Source of the DNA: Paramoeba atlantica
Taxonomy: Eukaryota; Protista; Discosea
Direction of reading: 5' to 3'
Assembly (NCBI GenBank): GCA_977017575.1
Contig: CDRNVI010000034.1
Location: 124,001-188,000, forward strand
Length of the DNA stretch: 64,000 bases
Part shown: in pieces, positions 44,571 through 54,025 of the stretch
How the letters are laid out: every line of letters starts with the position of its first letter
How positions within the stretch are numbered: the stretch's first letter is position 1
Program-made: the position numbers and the translations under genes
Notes under the pieces: generated by a model
Told to the model about the DNA's origin: nothing
What the model saw: only the letters and a program-made list of their open reading frames with translations
Databases searched by the model: none

Positions 44571-45104
44571 TGGGTTGGGGGTACGTTCGTTGAGTACTCA
44601 ACGAACGGAAATTTACGGTGGAAGTCAAGGACTTTTGTGGAACACCCAAGATTTTTTTTTGATTTTCATTTTCCGTGCGTTCAGTATCCTACACTTCGCT
44701 ATATACGTTGACAACGCCTGCATAGCGAAAACTACGAAATTCAGTGAGCTTCGCAAATTGCTTCCCACTAACGACGCACAGGGGAATCCTACGCGGGGTA
44801 CGGCTCAGGCCCGCTCACGCGGGCCCTCGCCGTTTCGCGGCCGCGCGCACCCCCGCTCACGCGGGGGCCCCCGCGCGGCCAAAATGGGTACTAAAATTTG
44901 TTATCAAGGTAGTTGGGCTTCGCCAATTGCTTCCCACGAATGGGTACTAAAATTTGTTATCAAGGTAGTTGGTCAAGATTATCAAGTAGTTATCAGTTGG
45001 GCCTTTCTTCCTCCTCCCTCTAAGGTCCTGCAGTTTTTTTACGGTCACAGGGTAACGAAAATCCGACAGTTCGTTGAGTACTCAACGAACGTACCCCCAA
45101 GCCA
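44571..45104. mobile_element. TG..CA-ended TIR element with 6-bp TSD
   Basis: TSD ATAATT at 44565-44570 and 45105-45110; TIR TGG.TTGGGGGTACGTTCGTTGAGTACTCAACGAAC. Confidence 0.8.
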
Positions 45105-45605
45105 ATAATTCTTACACATGTTTTCTACAGAATCTATATTTTCGTAATTTTTCACTTATTTTCACACAGTTTTTTTGTCAATTTTAAAATTTTTTGCCAC
45201 TTTGCTGATGGAAAGTAACGTATTGCTCTCCACAATTTTTTTTACACGAATATCATAAGCAATAGGTCCATAGTGAAGGTTCCGAGGCCGAGAGAAATGT
45301 ATTGTCATGGGTTAAAAAGATGAATATCCGGCATAAACTTATTTTTTAGGAAAAAATATGGTGTTTCGTCGACATGACGATTTTTGACCAGTATTTTTAA
45401 TCTCATTTTTTTCTCTTGAGCTTTTTTTACGCTGATTCCTTCGGCAAACATACGACAAATTTCGAGATCTATCGAATGCCGAAGGAATTAGGTCAAAAGC
45501 TCGCACGACGAAAAAATGAAGGGGGGGGATTGTTATCCTTTAAGAGGTGTATCTCCGAGCAGAGCGAGTACCGCGAGTACGGTACGCGCGTACGAGTCCC
45601 CACTC

Positions 45606-46282
45606 GCACATTGATAATGCATAGTTACTGCACATTGATAATGCATAACGTGCCGCACATTGATAATGCATAACGTGCCGCACATTGATAATGCATATAG
45701 CACGTTGATGATGCATATAGCACATTGATGATGCATATAGCACATTGATAGTGCATACTAAGCGGCACATTGATATTGCATAGTTACTGCACATTGATAA
45801 TGCATATAGCACATTGATAATGCATATAGCACATTGATAATGCATACAGCGCATTGATAATGCATTATTTGGAAATTAAAGGTGTTTTCAAGAAATAGTG
45901 AACACTCGTCTCTGCTCCCGGTGAGGCCCCGGAGTTGCGAGAGGCCCCCATACCCCACAACTACCACCTTCCCCCCCCCTATTTAGCGGGGGTCGCGCGA
46001 GCGAAGTCGAAAGGCTGTGTGATATTAGTGTAACGCGCATAAGTACATGCCCGTGTATATAAAGGACGCACATTTATGGACAAGAATCGGATGTCTTTGT
46101 CACTCTTATCAATGTGCTATATGCATTATTAATGTGCTATACGCATTATCAATGTGCTATATGCATTATCAATGTGCTATATGCATTATCAATGTGCTAT
46201 ACGCATTATCAATGTGCTATATGCATTATCAATGTGCTATATGCATTATCAATGTGCCGCTTAGTATGCATTATCAATGTGC
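45606..46282. repeat. Foldback structure: two oppositely oriented 20-bp arrays around a ~240-bp core
   Basis: GCACATTGATAATGCATATA units at 45606-45865 and the reverse complement at 46106-46282. Confidence 0.9.
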
Positions 46283-46493
46283 GGGCGCCGTCTCGTTCCT
46301 TAGCTTATCTACCTTTAAGGTCCATGTACGCCTGTCTTTTCCCATGTACAATAATTCAGACACGCCCGAGTGAATTTCTTGGGCACACCTCTCGGACAAA
46401 GATGGTTTCTTGCTTTCGTCGTTTGTCCTTCACAATGATGCTGTAGTTAATGGGGTTGGGAACCCTTTTGGAGCCTACACGTGCATCCGATAA

Positions 46494-47366
46494 TTTAGGC
46501 TCTTCGTTAAACGCGGTGGTTGTTTTCAACATAGAAGTCACTCATGCTGCGCGCTTCGCGTTGAAAACTACCAACGCGTTTAACGAAGAGCCTAAAAAAG
46601 AAAATTTGGCCGGGAAAGCTGAAGAAAACGGAAAGATCATTGCCAAAAATAGCCGATTTTCGGGTAAAAATCGGGTGATTTCTGCGTATTTTTGCTCTCA
46701 GAGCACTAAATCCGACATTTTCGTGTGGGAAATCACTCGCAAGCATAAATGGAAGCCTACCGAACGTATTGGGTAGAGAATGTGACTCGAACCATACCAT
46801 TCTTTCGACACAAAAAGACCCCTTGGGGTCCGAAAAATACTTTTTCACCTTTTTCGGTCAAAAATGGGTCATTTTGGGGGGCACACCACGGCTCGAAGAA
46901 GAGATATCTGGCGAAAACAACTGTGGAGAAAGCTAGTATACCTCTCAAAATACAATAGGGGAAACGATTTTGGAAAAATATCTTTTTTGCAATTTTTTTC
47001 GCCAAGTTGAAATTTTTTTCAAAGAAAAATTTCCGAAAAAGTCCGAACTTGGCGGACCCGTCCTGCGGATGCGCGGGGGGGGGGGGGGTCGCCCCCGGGT
47101 AGGGGGGTGGAAAATACGCGCCAAGACCCCGGCTACCCCTTCTGCAGTTTTTTTTCGAAAAATAATTTTTTCAAAAAAAAATCGTGCGATATGCCCCCCC
47201 CTAGACCCCCCATTTTTTTCAATTCTTTTTTCAGTTTTGGACCACCGGAGCCCCCTTTTATATTTTTTTCTTCTATTATATTACTGTGTTCCTCTTTACA
47301 TTTTCAATGTTTTTGTTCACTTTTTCAATAATCCAGGGTAGAGCGGTAGTTATACAACCACCGCAA
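46494..47366 (+). mobile_element. Asymmetric-hairpin element, cargo-free copy (873 bp)
   Basis: A|TTTAGGCTC ... CAACCACCGCAA|T; colinear with 18355-19248. Confidence 0.88.
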
Positions 47367-47990
47367 TAAGTTCTAACATGGACAATTTACAAAAGGCCTA
47401 TTTTTAATGCCGTGGTAGCCTTTTATCAAGACATACGTTTCGGGATTGTAGCTTACGAGCAGAGGGAACGCAAAATTCTGAAATGCCTTTTTTCGTGATT
47501 TGTTTGGTATGAGAGCCAACGGATTGCTGATGCTTGTAATGATAGTGACTAGGCGCTTCAGTTCGACTTCTCACTCCGATGGATGCAGCCAACACTATGC
47601 GCATTGAGCGAAGCTCCCCGAAGTCAAGATAGTTCTGCGAGTCAAAGTAACTGTAAGTTCTCAATCAATTCATGTTTAAATAAAAAAACACTTGTCAACT
47701 AACATGAAGGCATGCTTGTGCGACGCTATACACGTGTATATTATTTTTGCGTCAATCGGATTATTACGTTTGTCGCCCGAAGCAAGGAGGAAACTTATCA
47801 CACTATACAAACATCAACAGAAAGCTTCAATCGGTTTACCCAAGCATACAAGAGCACATCGATTATCAGACCCTTCACCTATGGTGGAAAAAGCGCAAAG
47901 GACACGATAATGATTCTTTGACTCCGCAGAAAACTTCGAATCAACGTCCAAGCATGCTTGCTTATTACGAGGCTTTGATCCGAAGACACT

Positions 47991-48308
47991 TACTATCCCC
48001 CCCTATTTAATAGGGCTACGTGCGACCCCCCCTATTAAATTAATAGGGCCACTTGTCTGGAAGGCCAAAACAGATTTCAGGTAAAGTTAAAAAGTTTGTC
48101 GAATCCGCCGCGAAGGGGCGGATTTTCGTGTCTACCCCAGCAACAAAAAGTGTATCAAAAAGGAGGAGGACCTTGTTTAACGACGATAAAAAAAGGCGCC
48201 GCGAGGCGGCGCCGACTTCTTTTCTTTCACATTATTTTCCATGTACCCCCCCTTTAAAAGGGCATTTTGCCCAAAATCGGAGTCCTATTAAATAGGGGGG
48301 GGATAGTA
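47991..48308. mobile_element. TA-flanked MITE (same TIR family as 30951-31048)
   Basis: TIR TACTATCCCCCC..TATTTAATAGG; GGCGCCGC-GAG-GCGGCGCC at 48195-48213. Confidence 0.85.
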
Positions 48309-49164
48309 AATGAATTAATTTTCTTTGGATCATAATCCGCGAATCAGCAATCCACGCCTCAGACGATATTGATTATATGACAAAACTTATCAACAAGCTT
48401 CCACGGCGAAAAGGGCCCAGAAGTGCGCATTTTTGTCATAAAATATTTTTTCCGCTGTTTTTTACAAAGGACGAAAAGTGACCATTTTTCGAGCGAAATA
48501 GAGTGCTTTATACGTATTCGCCGCACCATGATACATGCGTAGCGATAAATTTAGTAGATTATCATCAGTTTTTCCTATTCTTCTAAGCGGGGCGGTAATA
48601 ATCGTGTACGTCGACTCCGGGCCGATGGTTCACAGTGGGTTAATGTGGTCGTGAAGACCAATCGCTATCATAAGGCCGAGGAAATCTTTGTAAGCTCTCT
48701 CGCTGATCGTCGTGCAGTGACCACTAATCCCGAAGTGCTGGACTTGGCAGTAGGCCCTAGGACCGTTGATGGACCGTTGATGGATGGCGAGGAAGTGCTG
48801 CGTTAGGTCGACCAGAATAATCCAACTTTTGGTACAAATACCCGATTCTCCCCATATTTCGTATTCTCCCCATATTTCGGACGTTTTTTGGGGTCTTACC
48901 ATTAGAGGTAGGGGGCACATCTGATCGAAAAAACGTGTGGTCTGGTAAGCTAAAAAAATAAATAAGAAAAGAGATCAACGAAAGATCAAAAACTTTTTCC
49001 TGAGTCCTTTTGGGCATGATTGTTCAAACAAATTTTACTTGTTTTCAACCTACATTTATAGTGCCGGTGAGCCAGAAAAAAATACACAAAAAAAACATTG
49101 TTTCGAAAGATATTGACAGTGAATTGCCATGTTTGTATAGCCACCGCTCTGTACATGAGTCATT

Positions 49165-49332
49165 TTAGTCAGTAACAACAATTTGGGTGTTACGTAAAGA
49201 AGTAAACCGTGGAAGTTCTGATCTTTTCACCGTCCCGCGCAGTTCACTATTGCGTGTCAAATGAAGATCTTTCAATGATGCTGGAAGGTGAGTCAAGTCA
49301 ACGACACCAGAAAACATATTGAACTTTAGACC
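49165..49332 (-). pseudogene. 3' fragment of the LRR gene interrupted by the retrotransposon
   Basis: GLKFNMFSGVVDLTHLPASLKDLHLTRNSELRG...IVVTD*; continues LKSL from 54026 in frame. Confidence 0.92.
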
Positions 49333-49432
49333 ATCATATTATCATACAGTTAATCTGCAGAGATTTGGTAAAGTGAATATCGGAAAATAATTCCGTTATC
49401 CGCGCACACAACGCGTTTAATTCACTTTTAGT

Positions 49433-52400
49433 TCAAGCAACGTTTGAATTTGGGTCATAGATCCAGTTTACGTCATCGCGGTGCTGAAAAAGTTGAAAAC
49501 TTCCTCGCAGTGCGCTCTGGGTCATACTTTGTCGGCATGCTTCGATGAGGCTATCGTTTCCAAGAAAAAGAGAGTTCAGAGCTCGAGCTGAGCTGTGGAG
49601 CTTCCCTCTTGCGCCTACTTCGAACACCAGAAGAAAGGTGGCTGGGTGCTCAAGCCTCCTGGAATGATAAATATTTGTATACTTGTTCATTTTCCGTTCA
49701 TGTGCGTAAGCAAAGTTCTCCTCCCAGGGGCAAGTGAGCTCTATGATATATTCTTCCCCGTTTGCCAGTTTCACCCAGCCGTCCGGTCGGAGCTCAGTGT
49801 CCAAGTTTGTGAGCCACGACGGAGTGGAGCGGAACTGAGGAAGATCAAAGTGCGCGAGTCTTGTTGCAGGAGAATTGGCCACACAGTATGCTAGGGTTTG
49901 GAGGACTAGATCATGCCGCAGGGTGTATCGGCCCTGTTCGAGTGATTTTGCACACCCGGAGAGGATATGGCGTGTGGTCTGCGTTTCGGTTCTGCATATC
50001 GGGCACTTGTCGCTGGTGTGGGTTGAAACGCCCCATTTGCGGAGTGATGCCCTCGTAGGAAGGGGGGTCTGAGTAATAACTGATGCCGTAAATCTTGAGA
50101 GGCTCTCGCTTTTCAGATTACATAGTGCAGCGGCAAAATCCCTCGCTAGATCCGCCTCAGTGGCCATCCTGAACCATTGCCCAGCTACGGTCGTACGTCG
50201 TTGAACAGCTTGGGAAAGGTGACGCTCATATTCAGTTGCAAGTACTCTTCGGACATTACCGCCGTGGAGGCTTTGAATGTCAATTGAGGGTCGAATGTGC
50301 CCGGATTGTCTCTTCGCTTGTTCTCGACGAATACGTTCGCGCAATGAATACTTGACAGCAGGATCCTTTGATTTCTCCATTTGCTGAGTAGTTTGTGCTG
50401 TGCATAAGAGCCACAGTTTCGACAAGCTCATGAGGTTCCACCCGTGCTCGGAGTAGAGAAGTTCACTCGTGGCTGTTTTGGCGAGGTTGAGCCATTTACG
50501 GATCGCTTGTGTAGCGTACCTCTGAAGACGAAGCACGTGGTTGAACGAGAGGCAGGTATTCACAACAAGGGAATAACGAAGACGCGAGATGACACCCTGG
50601 TTGTATATCCAGAGTCGTGCGGGCAGGGCATGGGCACTATTCGTAATATTTTGTAGCCACATGCGCAGACGAGCTCGCAGTTTCTGGAAGAGAATCTTGC
50701 TTTGTTGTGCACCTGGAGCAAGCGTCATCCCTAAGAAGGTGCTTCCTTTGTCGCATATCTGGGGAATCGGAGCTCCATTGATCGTGAGCTGAGGACGCCG
50801 AGTCATATAACCCGAGTCTTGCGTCATGTGCTGAATTCGGCACTTTTTAACGTTGAGGTTCATCCCAATGTCGGAAAGGCCTTTTACAAGGACATTGGTG
50901 GCATTTTGCATTTCCCTGGGGGTATTCGTAATGATGGTAAGGTCGTCGGCGAAGGCTTTGAGAAAGGTCTCTTTGTCATCCCATGTGATCCCATATTGTG
51001 GGCAGCTTGATCGAACGAAACGCAGAACCAACTCCATTGCAAGATTGAATAGTATGGGGGAGAGAGTATCGCCCTGCAATACACCTCGATCTATCGGGAT
51101 GGGTTTTGTAAGACCTTCAGCGCACTTGATTTGAATGGATGCTTTCTCGTAGAGTTGTTCTATGTATTGAACGATAATTGGAGATACGCGCGCCCATTTT
51201 AGAGCCTGTAACAGCACAGTATGGGGTACGGACCCGAAAGCATTTTTGATGTCGAACTGTGCTAGACAGTATTGTCGTTTGTGGCGTCTTTGGTATTCGA
51301 GGAGTTCACATAAAACTTGAGTGTGCTCTACAGTACCATTCATGTGGGGGAGAAAACCTTTTTGTATCGACGTGTCTATGGCGTGAGAATCGAGGGCGTG
51401 GTGGAGGATGCGATGACTTATGATTGAGTGAAAAAGTTTCCCGAGACAGCTGGTAAGACTAATTGGGCGCCAGTTTTCCATGAGTTTAGTGTCGCCTCCT
51501 TTGTGGATCAGTCGGGTGACGGCCGTTTTCCATGTCGGCGGGCATACGCCGAATTTGAGTATGTCGTTGAATACCTGCGCGACGACCGAGTAGATGGAAG
51601 GGCAACGCTTTAACAAGATGTTGGTTATGGTATCTGACCCCGGAGCGGCCCCCGAACGTTTTGATGATATGGCTGCGGCAATGGTGGGTCCATCTATCTC
51701 GACCCATTCCATGTGTCCACGTGGTCTAGGTTCGGTAAACTCATCTGGTGGGATGCTGAATGTCCCGTCCGGTTTGGTCAAGGATGTCTCGAAGAAGCGT
51801 TCGACCTCCTGGATGGGCACTGTGGGATATAATGAGTCTTTCCCGTCGCGATCTGCATCGTGGTGGTCTAAGCACTCCCCTGCAGCTGTCCACGGGTTGC
51901 GTTGAAATCGAGTTTGAGCCCACCGTCGTTCGATTTCCATTTTTTGTGGGCGTGCTTCTTCCTCGTATAGTTTTAGCGCTTTGTGTGCTTCTTTTATCCT
52001 CCCTCTTTGGGCATTTCGCTCTGGGCTGTGCATAAAGGTCAGTGACCGTTTTAGTTGACGAACGTGTAGATTTAATGACTTGAGAGTACGGTCGATGGCA
52101 AGGGGGCGTGAGCTACGTTTGGACCTGCCTGTTCGGGTTCGAAGTAGAAACCCGCGTGTGGGGTTAATCTCTTTCGCAGTTTCGTAGACGGATACAGCCA
52201 AGATGGCAGAAATGACTTCAGCTTGGAACAGCGCGTCTTCTTTACTTCGCGCAGGGTGCATGAATGCATTGCAACGTCCTTCAATTCTTGAGATGGTGAG
52301 ATCCCATTGGCTAGTGTCAAAGTGCACCAGGGCACGTCCACCTTGAATGGTGCGGAATGTTTCAAGCATGCTCTCGAGCTCCGAGCGTGGACAGGGTGGT

Positions 52401-53929
52401 GTGGCATGCGATGCGTTTGTTCGTGGGGTTCGTTGGAGTATAGTGTGGGCACCGTTGTGGTATGAGCGGTCTGAGATCGGATCTGGGCGTCGTTCAGTAG
52501 ACATTGCGGCGTTTGCAGGATGCGGGGGAGAATCTGCGACGGGGGTTGTTGGAAAGCGGTCGGCGAGGGGCTCAGGTTGTGAGGATGGTTGAACTTCCTG
52601 GGGGGCAGGCAGTGCGGTCGGTTGGGTCGGTCTATCGAGTATAAGGAGGTTTCGTACAGTCCAGGATATTGCAGAGCAGGCGATTTCTCCAGCTCTCACG
52701 AGCGCGCCTTTTTGGCTGCAGGCGTGTTGGCATTGCGATTTATCTTTGCACTTATGCTTGCAGGGACGACGTGGTCTTGTGTCTCGTGATACGTCATTTT
52801 CGTTACTGGGGGACGGTTCGTTGGGGGCGGTGCCGGGAGGCTGGGTGTTGGGAAGTGGAATTTCTCCCATGGTCCCTTCCGTGGTCTCCGTTCGCGTGGT
52901 TGGCGTCTCTGCTGTGGGAATTTCGGTTACATCCGTGGAAGCCGATGTCCACGGAATTAGATTTCGCAATGACCATGAGTGGTTTCTATTCGCCGTTGGA
53001 CTGATGCGGACTCCCTCCTTGCAACATTTGTGCTTACATAGAGTCTTATTGCCACACTGATGCTTGCATGGGCGGTAGTTGTCCCGGTTGGCCGTCTCTG
53101 TTGCGTTAGGATCGCTGTTGCTCCCTTGTGGCGGTGGTTGTGTGTGGGGCATAAGTCGTGTTGGTCTTGCGAGACTCCTTTCCGAGCTGTTAGTTTCTAT
53201 TGCATGTACGTGTATGCGATTTTCCGTGTTCGTGCATGTGATAGTCGTCATATCGGGGTGGGCATCGATCGAGTGGGCAGGGGTAAAGTTCGTATGTGTA
53301 ACCGGTTGATCCATTGGAGGCTGTGCGGAATGCAAGTCGTGGTGTACCATCAGTTCGTCTTTGGATACGAGCACACCGATTTTGCAACAACTGTGTAGAC
53401 ATTTTGTTTTGTCGCGACAGGTGTGCTTGCAAGGTCTTCGCGTCTCCGTATTCGTATGGTGACGGATGGAGTTCGTTGTTGTGACAAGTGGTGCCTCCCT
53501 TTCCGTACTATTCGGTCCCACGGCGGTAGCTTCTGCGGGCGGATTAACCACGGCGGTGACGTCCAGCTGGCGTTGAGGTGGTTTCTTCTCTTTATATTCC
53601 AGGTATTCGCATGCACCATGGTCCATAACATTCTGTACTGTGCATTTACCGACGACTAGCCCGTCACTTCTTTTGTTCTCTGTTTTTAGAGTCTTGTTTA
53701 GGGAATCTTCGGCAGTGTGTACACTCGAGAAGAACTTCTTATCGGTAAGAAAGACAGCCGCGGCGTGTGCATCCGGAAAATATGACCACTGAACGCTTGA
53801 AGCGAGTCGAAGTTTCACTGGTACCGCGCGACTCTGGATGAAGTGGAAATTCTGTTGCTTCGCGCTGACAGGTCCTCGAGGAAGGCCGTCGTGCGCGTCG
53901 GGAGCAGATGTGATAACATTGGAGGACAT
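49433..53929 (-). CDS. Retrotransposon ORF: 3 Cys/His motifs, reverse transcriptase, CCHC knuckle, restriction-like endonuclease (1498 aa)
   Basis: APGSD, WRPISL, IDTSIQKGF, DIKNAFGSVPH, GVLQGDTLSP, FADD; CPIC..HILSGC; RHD, RPDG, ELTCPWEEN, EVGARG; no stops. Confidence 0.97.
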   Translation of the reverse strand: MSSNVITSAPDAHDGLPRGPVSAKQQNFHFIQSRAVPVKLRLASSVQWSYFPDAHAAAVFLTDKKFFSSVHTAEDSLNKTLKTENKRSDGLVVGKCTVQNVMDHGACEYLEYKEKKPPQRQLDVTAVVNPPAEATAVGPNSTEREAPLVTTTNSIRHHTNTETRRPCKHTCRDKTKCLHSCCKIGVLVSKDELMVHHDLHSAQPPMDQPVTHTNFTPAHSIDAHPDMTTITCTNTENRIHVHAIETNSSERSLARPTRLMPHTQPPPQGSNSDPNATETANRDNYRPCKHQCGNKTLCKHKCCKEGVRISPTANRNHSWSLRNLIPWTSASTDVTEIPTAETPTTRTETTEGTMGEIPLPNTQPPGTAPNEPSPSNENDVSRDTRPRRPCKHKCKDKSQCQHACSQKGALVRAGEIACSAISWTVRNLLILDRPTQPTALPAPQEVQPSSQPEPLADRFPTTPVADSPPHPANAAMSTERRPDPISDRSYHNGAHTILQRTPRTNASHATPPCPRSELESMLETFRTIQGGRALVHFDTSQWDLTISRIEGRCNAFMHPARSKEDALFQAEVISAILAVSVYETAKEINPTRGFLLRTRTGRSKRSSRPLAIDRTLKSLNLHVRQLKRSLTFMHSPERNAQRGRIKEAHKALKLYEEEARPQKMEIERRWAQTRFQRNPWTAAGECLDHHDADRDGKDSLYPTVPIQEVERFFETSLTKPDGTFSIPPDEFTEPRPRGHMEWVEIDGPTIAAAISSKRSGAAPGSDTITNILLKRCPSIYSVVAQVFNDILKFGVCPPTWKTAVTRLIHKGGDTKLMENWRPISLTSCLGKLFHSIISHRILHHALDSHAIDTSIQKGFLPHMNGTVEHTQVLCELLEYQRRHKRQYCLAQFDIKNAFGSVPHTVLLQALKWARVSPIIVQYIEQLYEKASIQIKCAEGLTKPIPIDRGVLQGDTLSPILFNLAMELVLRFVRSSCPQYGITWDDKETFLKAFADDLTIITNTPREMQNATNVLVKGLSDIGMNLNVKKCRIQHMTQDSGYMTRRPQLTINGAPIPQICDKGSTFLGMTLAPGAQQSKILFQKLRARLRMWLQNITNSAHALPARLWIYNQGVISRLRYSLVVNTCLSFNHVLRLQRYATQAIRKWLNLAKTATSELLYSEHGWNLMSLSKLWLLCTAQTTQQMEKSKDPAVKYSLRERIRREQAKRQSGHIRPSIDIQSLHGGNVRRVLATEYERHLSQAVQRRTTVAGQWFRMATEADLARDFAAALCNLKSESLSRFTASVITQTPLPTRASLRKWGVSTHTSDKCPICRTETQTTRHILSGCAKSLEQGRYTLRHDLVLQTLAYCVANSPATRLAHFDLPQFRSTPSWLTNLDTELRPDGWVKLANGEEYIIELTCPWEENFAYAHERKMNKYTNIYHSRRLEHPATFLLVFEVGARGKLHSSARALNSLFLGNDSLIEACRQSMTQSALRGSFQLFQHRDDVNWIYDPNSNVA

Positions 53930-53968
53930 GCTCCGAGAGATAAGTTTAGTACAAAATTGAAAATAATT

Positions 53969-54023
53969 CAACAAGGTACAGAAACAACAAGGTACAGGAA
54001 CTGTATCTTTATAATGATTTCTC
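53969..54023 (-). other. Spliced-leader copy (53985-54023) plus tandem relic SL (53969-53984)
   Basis: AAAGATACAGTTCCTGTACCTTGTTG then TTTCTGTACCTTGTTG; 16/19 match to the kinetoplastid SL core CAGTTTCTGTACTTTATTG. Confidence 0.85.
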
Positions 54024-54025
54024 TA

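Larger units (their letters stand above)
49333..54025 (-). mobile_element. Full-length RLE-type non-LTR retrotransposon (HERO/NeSL-like)
   Basis: Bounded by the two halves of an LRR gene; no flanking TSD; SL-like 5' end; 100-nt 3' UTR ending ATGATAATATGAT. Confidence 0.95.

Noticed and set aside
45595-46290. Regular 20-bp repeats as a possible CRISPR array, and the Cys-rich ORFs over them
   Set aside because: Units are head-to-tail with no unique spacers, there are no cas genes, and the context is eukaryotic; the ORFs are translations of the repeat.
53985-54023. SL RNA gene
   Set aside because: No GT splice donor or SL intron follows the exon-like sequence, and there is no tandem gene array.
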